Shown: positions 10,700 to 20,195 of the stretch, piece by piece | Layout: every line of letters starts with the position of its first letter | Position numbering within the stretch: position 1 is the stretch's first letter | Assembly (NCBI GenBank): GCA_046483985.1 | Contig: JAWOCD010000016.1 | Coordinates: 1 to 64,000 of the forward strand | Length of the DNA stretch: 64,000 nt | Origin: Promethearchaeia archaeon | GTDB lineage: Archaea > Asgardarchaeota > Lokiarchaeia > Sigyniarchaeales > SOKP01 | Direction of reading: 5' to 3' | The notes under the pieces: generated by a model | Database searches by the model: none | Seen by the model: only the letters and a program-made list of their open reading frames with translations | Told to the model about the DNA's origin: nothing | Program-made: the position numbers and the translations under genes

Positions 10700-10745
10700 G
10701 GAAATTGATCGGTAATTTAAATTATCTTCATAAATTTTTGAGAAT

Positions 10746-11999
10746 ATGAATCTTCAAGAACTAAGTAAACAACTTGGTAAAGAAGCACATCAATTAATTT
10801 TCGATATCTGTGAGGTTGCTAAATATAGACTCCCTGGTTCTGAGGGCGAGAAAAAGGCTCAGGATTTTTTAGTTAAAAAGATGAAAGAATTGGGCGCAGA
10901 TGAGGTAGAAATGAAAGAGTGTTATACCTATGCAAAATTCTTTAAGTACTGGCCCAAATTGTCCTTGGCTTTCTTTTTTCTCAGTCTTATTATGTTTCAT
11001 TTTTCCCCTCTCTTGACAATCTTCTTAATTCTCTTGATGCTGGGAAACATCATTTTAAAATTATTCTCATATACATTTTTGGATGTTCTCTTCAAAAAAG
11101 AAAAGTCCCGTAACATAATTGGGAAAGTGAAGCAAAATCAAACACAAGATCCCTCTCTCCCTAAGCGGATTATGATAATTGGGGGACATATTGACAATAA
11201 TTATGAATTTCCTCTAGGGAGAAAATACGGGAAGAAGATGATCTATTTTTATGTATTTGTCTTTGTCGCAGCAGCTCTTTGGCTGCTCATTTCTTTTTAT
11301 CAACTTATAATGGACATCTTGAATGGACTCCCGCTGATTTCTTTTGTCCCAACGTTCAATTTTGAATGGTATTACCTTCTGATCTTAGCCTTGACCCCCT
11401 TTATCATTTGGATTGCATGGAATGTGGTCAGCACCCGACCAGTTCCAGGAGCAAATGATAATTTATCCGGAATATCTGTGACTTTGAAAGTGTTGGACTA
11501 TTTTGCAGAACATCCTCTGGAAAACATGGTGCTCTGGTCTGTTGCGTTTGGGGCAGAAGAAGCGGGAATGGCTGGAAGTAAAGCATTATCGAAAGACGTG
11601 AAAGAACAAATTGACAATGGAACTTTTCCCGCCGAGAGTTTATGGGTGGTTAATTTTGACAGCGTTGGATCCGATGACCCATTGATTATTGCGAAAAAAG
11701 AACCGATGTACAGAGCAACCCATGATCCTAAGGTTTATAACCAATTAGCAGAATCAGCTAAAAAAGCGAAAGTGGATTATAAATTGAAAAACATTGATGC
11801 GGGAACCGATTCTGCTCCATTTTCACGTTTAGGGATTCCAAGTGTAGGGGTAATTGCGGCAGGTTCTGATGGAATTCCCAAAAATTGGCATTCAAGGGAA
11901 GACTTACCCCAGAATTGTGATACCGTTGGATTAACGGATACCATTCGTTGTGCAATTCAATTTCTTAAGGATGTCGATAAGAACCTTTCAAATAACTAA
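10746..11999 (+). CDS. Membrane-embedded M28-family aminopeptidase
   Basis: GGHID, PGANDNLSG, GAEEAGMAGS, NFDSVG, GTDSAPF, WHSRED; four hydrophobic segments. Confidence 0.9.
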   Translation: MNLQELSKQLGKEAHQLIFDICEVAKYRLPGSEGEKKAQDFLVKKMKELGADEVEMKECYTYAKFFKYWPKLSLAFFFLSLIMFHFSPLLTIFLILLMLGNIILKLFSYTFLDVLFKKEKSRNIIGKVKQNQTQDPSLPKRIMIIGGHIDNNYEFPLGRKYGKKMIYFYVFVFVAAALWLLISFYQLIMDILNGLPLISFVPTFNFEWYYLLILALTPFIIWIAWNVVSTRPVPGANDNLSGISVTLKVLDYFAEHPLENMVLWSVAFGAEEAGMAGSKALSKDVKEQIDNGTFPAESLWVVNFDSVGSDDPLIIAKKEPMYRATHDPKVYNQLAESAKKAKVDYKLKNIDAGTDSAPFSRLGIPSVGVIAAGSDGIPKNWHSREDLPQNCDTVGLTDTIRCAIQFLKDVDKNLSNN

Positions 12000-12013
12000 T
12001 CTTTTTATTTTTT

Positions 12014-13615
12014 TTAAAATCCTACGGCTTGTCCATCTTTTCGCGGTTCTGAGGCCGCACAATATCCATTCTTTAGTTTATAAATCAGCTGCGCTCCGCC
12101 AAAATCGATAGAATGGCTATTGAGTACTTTGTGCCCCATTTTTCCCAATCTGGATAACGTTTCTTTTGGGAATTTGTTTTCCATCTTTACATGCACCCCT
12201 TCCTCTACTCTCCATCGGGGTGCATCTGCAGCTGTTTGTGGATTTTGGTGGTAGTCAAATATCCGTAAAACCATCTGTATATGCCCCTGAGGTTGCATAT
12301 ATCCCCCCATCACGCCAAAACTCATTAGAGGCTTACCAGATTCAGTTATGAATGCTGGGATAATTGTATGATATGGACGTTTACTTGATCCAACTTGATT
12401 CGGATGCCCCTTAGCTAGCGTAAACCCATTTCCACGATTTTGAAGACTAATCCCCGTTTCGGGAATTACTATTCCAGAACCAAAACTCCAGAAATTTGAT
12501 TGAATATAGGATACCATCATTCCATTCTTATCTGCGGTTGTTAAATAGACAGTATCTCCAATTTTTGGCTTGCCGTATTTAAAATCAGTTGCCTTATCTT
12601 TCTTTATCAGGTCTGCGCGTTTTTTGCAGTAATCCTCTGCTAAAAGAGCCTTTGGTTCAACTCTCATCGCTGCGGGATCGGCAATATATCTATGGACATC
12701 GCGAAAAGCCAATTTCATGGCTTCCATTTGGAAATGTAATGCCTCTGTTGATTCTGGCCTATATTGAGCAATATCAAGATGTTTGAGTATTCCAAGAGCA
12801 ATTAAAGCAGCCAAACCTTGTCCGTTGGGAGGGATTTCATGGAGGGTTATTCCATGATATTCTTGTTCAATTGGATCTACCCAATCTGCATTATGATTCT
12901 TCAGATCGCGAAATGAAATTTTGCCGCCCGTATCTTTCGCATGGGCAACGATTTTTTCTGCTAACTCCCCGCGGTAAAATGTTTCTCCGTTCGATTCAGC
13001 GATTAATTCTAGAGATTTGGCGTGATGTGGTAACTTAAATAATTGACCCGGTTTCGGAACTTTGCCGTTAAGAGTAAAAGTATCCACCCATTCTGGAAAC
13101 TTTTTATACTGTCGTGCTAAAAACCTCCATGCGGTCCCTATAATAGGGGTGATAATAAAACCTTCTCTAGCATAGTTAATAGCGGGCTCAAAGAGTTCTC
13201 TAAACTCTAAGCTCCCGAATCTTTTCCATAATTTTACCCAAGCTGATACTGCACCTGGAACAGTAACCGTGTCCCATCCTAATAGGGGCATTTTGTCATA
13301 TTTCTCCTGAAAATATTCTGTTGTCCACGCTACGGGTGATCGTCCCGATGCGTTTAGTCCAACCAATTCTTCTCCATCCCACAATATACAAAACGCATCG
13401 CTTCCCAATCCATTACTTGTAGGCTCAAGCACAGTAAGGGCAATCGCAGTTGCAATGGCTGCATCAACTGCATTTCCCCCCTTTAAGAGCATACGGAGTC
13501 CAGCTTGAGCTGCCAAAGGTTGGGAGGTCGTAACGACATTTTCTGCTAGTATTGGCATTCGCTGTGAGTCATACGGAAAGTTCCACTTAAATTGTTGATT
13601 CATTTTTTTCCCCAC
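12014..13615 (-). CDS. ggt: Gamma-glutamyltransferase family protein
   Basis: GGNAVDAAIA, TVPGAV, catalytic Thr in GDTVYL, LQNRG, RPYHTIIP, GVMGGYMQPQGH. Confidence 0.93.
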   Translation of the reverse strand: MGKKMNQQFKWNFPYDSQRMPILAENVVTTSQPLAAQAGLRMLLKGGNAVDAAIATAIALTVLEPTSNGLGSDAFCILWDGEELVGLNASGRSPVAWTTEYFQEKYDKMPLLGWDTVTVPGAVSAWVKLWKRFGSLEFRELFEPAINYAREGFIITPIIGTAWRFLARQYKKFPEWVDTFTLNGKVPKPGQLFKLPHHAKSLELIAESNGETFYRGELAEKIVAHAKDTGGKISFRDLKNHNADWVDPIEQEYHGITLHEIPPNGQGLAALIALGILKHLDIAQYRPESTEALHFQMEAMKLAFRDVHRYIADPAAMRVEPKALLAEDYCKKRADLIKKDKATDFKYGKPKIGDTVYLTTADKNGMMVSYIQSNFWSFGSGIVIPETGISLQNRGNGFTLAKGHPNQVGSSKRPYHTIIPAFITESGKPLMSFGVMGGYMQPQGHIQMVLRIFDYHQNPQTAADAPRWRVEEGVHVKMENKFPKETLSRLGKMGHKVLNSHSIDFGGAQLIYKLKNGYCAASEPRKDGQAVGF

Positions 13616-13757
13616 TATACTTTTGTATGTTTAAAATTTAACTGCTAAGCTAACATTTTCTTTTGAAATATATAATCTTTAAATTCTTGTAACCTTATTT
13701 CTGATATTCTGCGTATATACCAGATATCTAATATTTATCATAGAGATCATAAAATAT

Positions 13758-14321
13758 TTGAATCCGTATTCATTTAAAAACCATAAGATGAGAAAAAAGA
13801 ATAAAAAATATCAATTTTCCAAGGAAGAAAAGGAATTTATCCAAGATATGAAACAAAATTTGGAAATGATGGGCATCCCCCGAGATCAATGGGCGAAACA
13901 CATCCAACAAGAACTACAAAATAAGCGTAAATCAGAAAAAGGAAAAAGTCCTCTGAGCGGTAAATCTAAAATTGGAAAATTCTTTAGTAAGATAAGGCAA
14001 AAAATTGAGAAATTCTTTTTTAACCTATTCAAAAAACGTATGATGCCTAAAGAATTACTAGAGGCGGAAGAAACCTTTGAAGATATGTTCGGAGAAAATC
14101 CGTTTGAAGCGATGTCTGGAGAAAATCCGTTTGAAGCGTTATCTGGAGATAATCAATTCGGTTCTATGTCAAAACAAGAGAAAGAATTAATGGATCTGTT
14201 AAACCCAATGGGCCGTATGCAACAAGTCGATAAATTGGGAAATCAAGGTACGTTTGTTGCTGATCGAAAGGATAAAAAAAAACAAATAGTTGATCTTGAA
14301 TTTGAAGATACCGAAGAATAA
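13758..14321 (+). CDS. Hypothetical low-complexity protein with GENPFEA repeats (start may be the ATG at 13788)
   Basis: 187-aa ORF containing a 27-bp tandem repeat. Confidence 0.65.
   Translation: MNPYSFKNHKMRKKNKKYQFSKEEKEFIQDMKQNLEMMGIPRDQWAKHIQQELQNKRKSEKGKSPLSGKSKIGKFFSKIRQKIEKFFFNLFKKRMMPKELLEAEETFEDMFGENPFEAMSGENPFEALSGDNQFGSMSKQEKELMDLLNPMGRMQQVDKLGNQGTFVADRKDKKKQIVDLEFEDTEE
14091..14154 (+). repeat. 27-bp in-frame tandem repeat (2 copies plus a partial)
   Basis: GGAGAAAATCCGTTTGAAGCGATGTCT / GGAGAAAATCCGTTTGAAGCGTTATCT / GGAGATAATC. Confidence 0.9.
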
Positions 14322-14330
14322 AGAAAACGC

Positions 14331-14768
14331 TTAATATCCTGACTCTGAAGAGTCTGTTTCTAAATCAATTCCGAACTCTTTGGCAATTATAAAAAGTGCA
14401 CCTTCTTCCGAGATTAATCCCTTTAATTCTCGAATTTTTGCTTTTACCAAATCATCAAGCTCTAATTTTGTCAAATTCGTATGCTTTAAAATTTGATAAT
14501 AATACTGGTCCAAATAATAATCCTCGTTGCATGCTTCATAATGAGGCGGATCCTCAAATTTACTCCTCTTTCTTCCCTCAGGTTCATCTAATATTATTGC
14601 GGGAGTTCCATCTTTCATGATCCGTATGGGAATATCATCGTTCACGGGTCGAGGATGTCTTAAATTCCAGCAGGAAAAACAATAGTAATTTCCCTTTTCA
14701 GTTACCACTAGATCTTTAAGTGCTCGAATCACATCGCAATTTTTACATCTTTCTTTATTCTTTTTCAT
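14331..14768 (-). CDS. Small protein: N-terminal C4 zinc finger plus DUF2240/RPA-N-terminal-like helical domain
   Basis: CKNC...CFSC; LVKAKIRELKGLISEEGALFIIAKEFGI resembles the N-terminal helical domain of archaeal RPA-like proteins. Confidence 0.65.
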   Translation of the reverse strand: MKKNKERCKNCDVIRALKDLVVTEKGNYYCFSCWNLRHPRPVNDDIPIRIMKDGTPAIILDEPEGRKRSKFEDPPHYEACNEDYYLDQYYYQILKHTNLTKLELDDLVKAKIRELKGLISEEGALFIIAKEFGIDLETDSSESGY

Positions 14769-15136
14769 AAGATCTAACAGTTTTTTTTAATTATTCATTA
14801 AATGTGATTGATTTTATGTTATAATTAAATTAAGTAATCAGCAAAATAAATTAATTTCCTTTCCCATAGTAAAATCTAAAAAGCAAAGATTGCAATATAG
14901 ATTTGAGAAAAGTGGGACCCTTGTCTATTGAATTTTCATTCTTTACCCATTAAACCTGTTTAATAGATTCAAGGCTCCTTTTCTCTTCTCATCTATCAAA
15001 AAAACAAAAGAAAACTCCATCCCTTAGGATTATTATTTATGTATTTCTCAAGGATGATTTCTTTTTTCGTCTTTTAGCCGAAAAAAATATTTGACCATAA
15101 AAGAAATTTAAGCGATATTGCATTTATTAAAATACT

Positions 15137-16252
15137 ATGGCGAATAATGCAGAAGAGTATGAAATACTCATAGTTGGGGCTGGCCCCAGTGGGGCTGTAG
15201 CTGCAAGAGTTGCAGCCGAGAATGGTTTAGATATTTGCCTGTTGGAAAAAAAGAATGTTAGAGAGGAAGGAAGATATAAAGCTTGTGGTGGAGCTTTAGC
15301 GTGGGAATTGGTAGAAGAATTGGATTACCCCGAGGACAAAATATCTCGGATAATCGAATCGCTGGAGTTACACCATATTGATGGGACATCTTATTCAAAG
15401 AGAGGTAAAGGCGCCGTAGTTTGGCGCTCAATCTTTGATAAACACTTTTCGGATCTGGCGCAAGAGAGAGGAGCGGAACTTCATGATGAAGAACCTTTAG
15501 TTCAAATTCAGAAAAAGGATGGTAAATATAAGATTCAAACCCCCGCAGGTACTTATATTACTAAATATGTCATTGCTGCAGATGGAGTAAATTCTAGGAC
15601 GTTACGACAACTTAACTGGCCCAGTTTTGCTAAAAGCGATCTAATTTTAACAATTACCAAGGAAATGAAAACTACGCCCTCACACATCGTCCAAGTTCTT
15701 GGAGATGATGCAATTCACCTTTTCTTTGGGAAATCCCTCATATCAGTAGGGTATGCTTGGTTATTTCCTAAAGAACGGACCATAACGGTAGGTTGGGGGA
15801 ATCAGATTAATTTAATTTCGAATTCCCGCGAGGAGTTTAAAAAGTATGTTAGTTTGCCTTATGTGAAAAAGGCTTTGAAAGGAGCCCAATTAGAAATCTT
15901 TCAACCGCATTTAATCCCTGTGGGGTTACGCCCGCAAATCTCTAAAGATAATGTTTTAGCTGTAGGAGATGCGGGGGGAATTGTGGACCCGATTAGTGGA
16001 AAAGGTATTCCTTATGCAATGATGTCGGGAAAATTCGCAGTTCAGGCAATTCTGAAAGCTGAAGAGAAAGATAGACCAGAAAAATTAGGAACTTATTATC
16101 GGCAATTATTGGATAAAAAATTCTTACGTATTCTTAAGGCTAAAAGAAAGGCTCGAGATAAAATCTTTCAAAGTGATGAAAATTTGAAAAAGTTTTTATC
16201 TCTCTGGGAAAATCATCGAAGTTCAGAAATAGTCATGAGAAAATTATTATAA
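15137..16252 (+). CDS. Geranylgeranyl reductase family FAD-dependent oxidoreductase
   Basis: VGAGPSG, KACGG, AADGVNS, GYAWLFPK, VGDAGGIVDPISGKGI. Confidence 0.92.
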   Translation: MANNAEEYEILIVGAGPSGAVAARVAAENGLDICLLEKKNVREEGRYKACGGALAWELVEELDYPEDKISRIIESLELHHIDGTSYSKRGKGAVVWRSIFDKHFSDLAQERGAELHDEEPLVQIQKKDGKYKIQTPAGTYITKYVIAADGVNSRTLRQLNWPSFAKSDLILTITKEMKTTPSHIVQVLGDDAIHLFFGKSLISVGYAWLFPKERTITVGWGNQINLISNSREEFKKYVSLPYVKKALKGAQLEIFQPHLIPVGLRPQISKDNVLAVGDAGGIVDPISGKGIPYAMMSGKFAVQAILKAEEKDRPEKLGTYYRQLLDKKFLRILKAKRKARDKIFQSDENLKKFLSLWENHRSSEIVMRKLL

Positions 16253-16313
16253 AATCATTTTATAGAATTCTAATGGATATCTCATAGAAAAGAAAACAAA
16301 GGAATGAACCAAA

Positions 16314-17393
16314 CTATACGATAAATTGATATAAGTTATCGTTCTTTTTTACTTTTTTAATTATATTGACTCCCTTTATATATTTATAGATTTCTTTCAT
16401 AATCTCCTTTTCAATCCGATTTTCCTCGGGGGAGATTAAGAGTTCATACGAGAATTGTTCATGTTTTCTATTAATCCACCCAAAATTTTTAAAGATATCC
16501 AGAATAAATTCTGGCCTTTCCTTTCTGATACAATGGGACGAGATTTCATCAATCATCTTTTTTATTTGCTTAACTCCGTCCTCAACGCTTCGAAAACTTA
16601 TAAGGGCATTGGGTTTACTTGCCATATCCAACCATAAATGATGACATTTCTCATCTTTGAGCAAGTTATGGTAATTAACCAGATGCTTGATATTTTTAAG
16701 ATAGAGTTCCTTTCTTTTATTTTTTAACAACTTTGGATTTGAAAACAAGTTTGTAGGTATAATATCCATGCGTGTATAATTATTTTCATAAGAAACATTC
16801 AAGAATTCAAAACCAAGAATACTCCCCATCATAATAAATGTTTTAGACAAAATGAAATGGATATTAGTATAGTAAGCTGAATATTCAACAATTAATTTTT
16901 CTCCCATCTGATTAATTGAAAAATTTCTGGTTATTTTATTGTTCTTCATAAAGTTATAAATTCGTTCAGATCCTTCAAGAAAATCTTTAATAGTGAACTC
17001 TTCTTCAGATTTTTTATTCTTCATCATAAAAATTCTGTATTTTGAGAGGAGAGGAAACAAAAAGTCGAAATCTTCGATAAGATATTTTCCACACTCTGAA
17101 ACGATCTCATATTGTTGGACTATTGCCTTGAAAGTAATTTTATCGAAGAAATCTAGTGTTTCTTTATCGGGTCGATTTTTTAAATCATCTAATGTTTTCC
17201 CGTGTTCTAAAAGTTTCAAGTTTTCTTTTAAAATATATGTTATGAAAGAGGAGACACTTCGATAATTATCATTATTGGGATACTTTTCTTGCTGGTCCTT
17301 TACAAATCTTTTTACCCAATCTTTTAGAAAAGGGGAGATGGTAATGGTTTGTCGTGTATTTTTCTTTTTAGAGAGATACCTTTTCTTAACCAT
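16314..17393 (-). CDS. Hypothetical protein with a possible N-terminal ribbon-helix-helix domain
   Basis: QTITISPFLKDWVKRFV...SVSSFITYIL pattern; the rest is unrecognised. Confidence 0.6.
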   Translation of the reverse strand: MVKKRYLSKKKNTRQTITISPFLKDWVKRFVKDQQEKYPNNDNYRSVSSFITYILKENLKLLEHGKTLDDLKNRPDKETLDFFDKITFKAIVQQYEIVSECGKYLIEDFDFLFPLLSKYRIFMMKNKKSEEEFTIKDFLEGSERIYNFMKNNKITRNFSINQMGEKLIVEYSAYYTNIHFILSKTFIMMGSILGFEFLNVSYENNYTRMDIIPTNLFSNPKLLKNKRKELYLKNIKHLVNYHNLLKDEKCHHLWLDMASKPNALISFRSVEDGVKQIKKMIDEISSHCIRKERPEFILDIFKNFGWINRKHEQFSYELLISPEENRIEKEIMKEIYKYIKGVNIIKKVKKNDNLYQFIV

Positions 17394-17903
17394 ATTTGAT
17401 TTATCATTGATTTATTTGGATTATATATAAATAAATTTTTCTGAAATAAAAAGTTTAATACCTTTATTTTCATAATAAAAAACACATATGAATTTATTCT
17501 TTTGAAAAGATCTATGGATAACCTATCTACGGAAAGTGTTTCTCCCATAATTAACAGTAAATAGATACAACCACCATTGGAACCCAGAGCGTTAAGGTCT
17601 TTTTTTTAAGAAAATTTTGTCATAGATGATCAAATCTTTTAAACTCTTTCCCTTTTTTTAGAGCTAAGTTTTTTGATGTCCAAACTTATATCAGAATTGG
17701 ATTTGTTAATATTTTTTCTTTGTTTTTTATCCGCAAAGGAAAAAGGAGGAAAAGTCTTCCAAAAGGCGAGAGCAGGGTGTAGCCCCTTTCTTTTATAAAG
17801 GTTCTTATCCATTTTAAATGGTTAATAAAAAAATTATAATATCATAGATTCTATTATTCTTAAGATAGTTTAATTAAAAAGAAATTTCATACTTGAATAT
17901 AAA

Positions 17904-18845
17904 TTGCCATCTTCTAAAAAATTTCGAATGCAAAAAAAGTTATTTTCTTTCCTTGACGGATATGATGAAGTTAAAGATTTTCTAAAGGCTCAAAGAAAGC
18001 AAAATCGAAAAGCTAAAAGAATAATTGGAGACCCCCACCCGTTTCTTAAATGGGCAGGAGGAAAGCGTCAATTAATTCCGCAGATGGATGAGTACTTTCC
18101 GGATGATTTTCACCGATATATTGAACCATTCGTCGGAGGAGGAGCTATTTTCTTTTATCTTTTACCAGAAAAGGCAATATTAAATGATATTAACTCGGAT
18201 TTAATTAATTGTTATCGGGTTATAAAGAGTGAAGTGATTCCACTTATTCATGCTCTAAAGAGGCATGAAAATGAGGAAGATTATTATTATGAAATCCGAA
18301 AAAAGGATAGAATGGAAGAATATTCGAACTGGTCTGCCGTAAAGAAAGCGTCTCGGATAATTTATCTTAATCGGTGTTGCTATAATGGCCTCTATCGGGT
18401 TAATAGTAAAGGACAATTCAATGTTCCATTTGGCCGGTACAAGAATCCCACTTTTTGCGATCAAGAAAACTTAATGGCCATTCATAAAGCACTACAAAAT
18501 ACCAAGTTATTGAACAAATCTTATGAATTCGTTCTTGATTTAGCTCAAAAAGGAGATTTTATTTATTTTGATCCTCCGTATCATCCTATTTCAGAAAGTT
18601 CTTCCTTTACGAGTTATACAAAAAACGATTTTGGAAAAACTGATCAAAAAAACTTAGCTGAGATCTATCACAAATTAGATAAAAAGGGCTGTTATCTCAT
18701 GCTCAGTAACTCCTATTGTCAGTTTATAACGGATCTCTATGAAAAATACGAAATAAACTTAATAAAAGCTAGTAGGGCAATAAATAGCGATGCTTCGAAG
18801 AGAGGCCCAATAAAAGAGGTTTTAGTATTAAATTATTCCCCTTGA
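17904..18845 (+). CDS. dam: Dam/DpnM-type DNA adenine methyltransferase (start may be the ATG at 17928)
   Basis: PFLKWAGGK, EPFVGGGA, NGLYRVNSKGQFNVPFGRY, DPPY. Confidence 0.93.
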   Translation: MPSSKKFRMQKKLFSFLDGYDEVKDFLKAQRKQNRKAKRIIGDPHPFLKWAGGKRQLIPQMDEYFPDDFHRYIEPFVGGGAIFFYLLPEKAILNDINSDLINCYRVIKSEVIPLIHALKRHENEEDYYYEIRKKDRMEEYSNWSAVKKASRIIYLNRCCYNGLYRVNSKGQFNVPFGRYKNPTFCDQENLMAIHKALQNTKLLNKSYEFVLDLAQKGDFIYFDPPYHPISESSSFTSYTKNDFGKTDQKNLAEIYHKLDKKGCYLMLSNSYCQFITDLYEKYEINLIKASRAINSDASKRGPIKEVLVLNYSP

Positions 18846-18955
18846 ACTACTCACGCCTAAAGCCGTGAGATTCATATGCTCCAATGCTTCTTTTTATAAT
18901 TACGAAGTATATTTATGCTTACAACCACATCTCTATCTTGTTTATATTTTGCTTT
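18842..18955 (-). mobile_element. Decayed IS200/IS605 remnant: tnpB C-terminal tail plus right-end hairpin
   Basis: Minus strand encodes KYKQDRDVVVSINILRNYKK, then TGAATCTCACGGCTTTAGGCGTGAGTAGTTCAA; the element end overlaps the dam TGA stop. Confidence 0.8.
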
Positions 18956-19097
18956 TTTTGATAAATATATCTTCATTCCATTTACAAGAAAAAGAAAAAA
19001 ATAGAAAAAAGAGAGGGTAATTGAGAATCCGTAAAAGATTATTAATCCTTTATGGAGAGAATCTAAATCCGGAGTATACAATAAAACTTTTAAGGAG

Positions 19098-19751
19098 TTA
19101 AATAAAACTTAATTCTTCAAAGTCTGAGCCGCCGATGTCTTTCTTTGCGACTTCAAGTTTTCTGACTTCTTTATTTAAACGTAAAACCGCTTCACGAACC
19201 ATTTCTTCATTTTTTGCGCCTGTACAAACAATTTTACCCGTACTAAAAATTAAAAAAACCGTTTTAGGATCTTGCATGCGATAAATTAATCCGGGAAATA
19301 CTTCTGGTTCATACATCGCATATTCCATAATAATTGCTGCCATATTGAGATCAATAAATGAATGGAGATCTCCAGATGCTACGATATTTTGGATTGTAAT
19401 TTCGGGTTCTGGTAATTTAATTCCTGCATTCTTAATTCGTTTAATTACTTTACTCACGACTGCTCCTGCTTCTGAGGCTTTTCTTAAACCAGTCACAACC
19501 ATTTTTCCTGTAGTAAATATTAGGATAGTTGCTTTTGGTTCTGTTATTCGCATGATTAGACCGGGAAATCGCTCGGGATTATATTCGACATCTGCATATT
19601 TACGAGTGATCTGTACAAGGTCGATCTTATCTTCAATATCAACCACAACAGTGGCAACTACATTCTCTATCTTATAATCGAGATTCTCTTCAAAATCGTA
19701 TTCTTCATCATTTTCATTTGAACTATTGGGATCTTCTGGCATAGGGGTCAT
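19098..19751 (-). CDS. tbp: TATA-box-binding protein
   Basis: Two TBP repeats: IENVVAT..YNPERFPGLIMR..LIFTTGKMVVTG and IQNIVAS..YEPEVFPGLIYR..LIFSTGKIVCTGAK. Confidence 0.98.
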   Translation of the reverse strand: MTPMPEDPNSSNENDEEYDFEENLDYKIENVVATVVVDIEDKIDLVQITRKYADVEYNPERFPGLIMRITEPKATILIFTTGKMVVTGLRKASEAGAVVSKVIKRIKNAGIKLPEPEITIQNIVASGDLHSFIDLNMAAIIMEYAMYEPEVFPGLIYRMQDPKTVFLIFSTGKIVCTGAKNEEMVREAVLRLNKEVRKLEVAKKDIGGSDFEELSFI

Positions 19752-20195
19752 TTAGATTTACTTTGTTTTAATTGAATTATTAAAAAATTCAGTGCATATT
19801 TAAATAAGTAATTCATATTTAAATATAAAATTTATATATTTTTTTTATGTATCTTCAAATTAATCTTCTCCGACAAAACCATTCCATCAACCTCTCCCTC
19901 TCTTCACTCATTGCCGATTCGACAATGAGATCTGACCGAAGCTCTTCTGGATCACAATACTTAATCCTCAAATAATTCTCATCCCGAGAGGCAACCACGT
20001 ATCATACGTTCGATTTGCCAACTCTGTTAAAGATAGCTTATTTTTGCGTGCTAAAGAGCAGTGCTTTTTCCTTAATGGTGATGCCACAATAATAGATTAA
20101 TGAATTTTATACACTGATTAAAAATAAATTAAAAAGTCTTTGATAAAAATCTGTTAATTGTAAATAATTATAAGGAATTTTGTTGAATTATATAT

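Noticed and set aside
18872-19081. 69-aa minus-strand ORF downstream of tbp
   Set aside because: It is a chimera of T-rich terminator sequence and a tnpB tail, not a coherent gene.
19860-20090. More GC-rich patch upstream of tbp with short open frames on the minus strand
   Set aside because: Possibly a gene remnant, but I could not assign a family or a convincing RNA structure.
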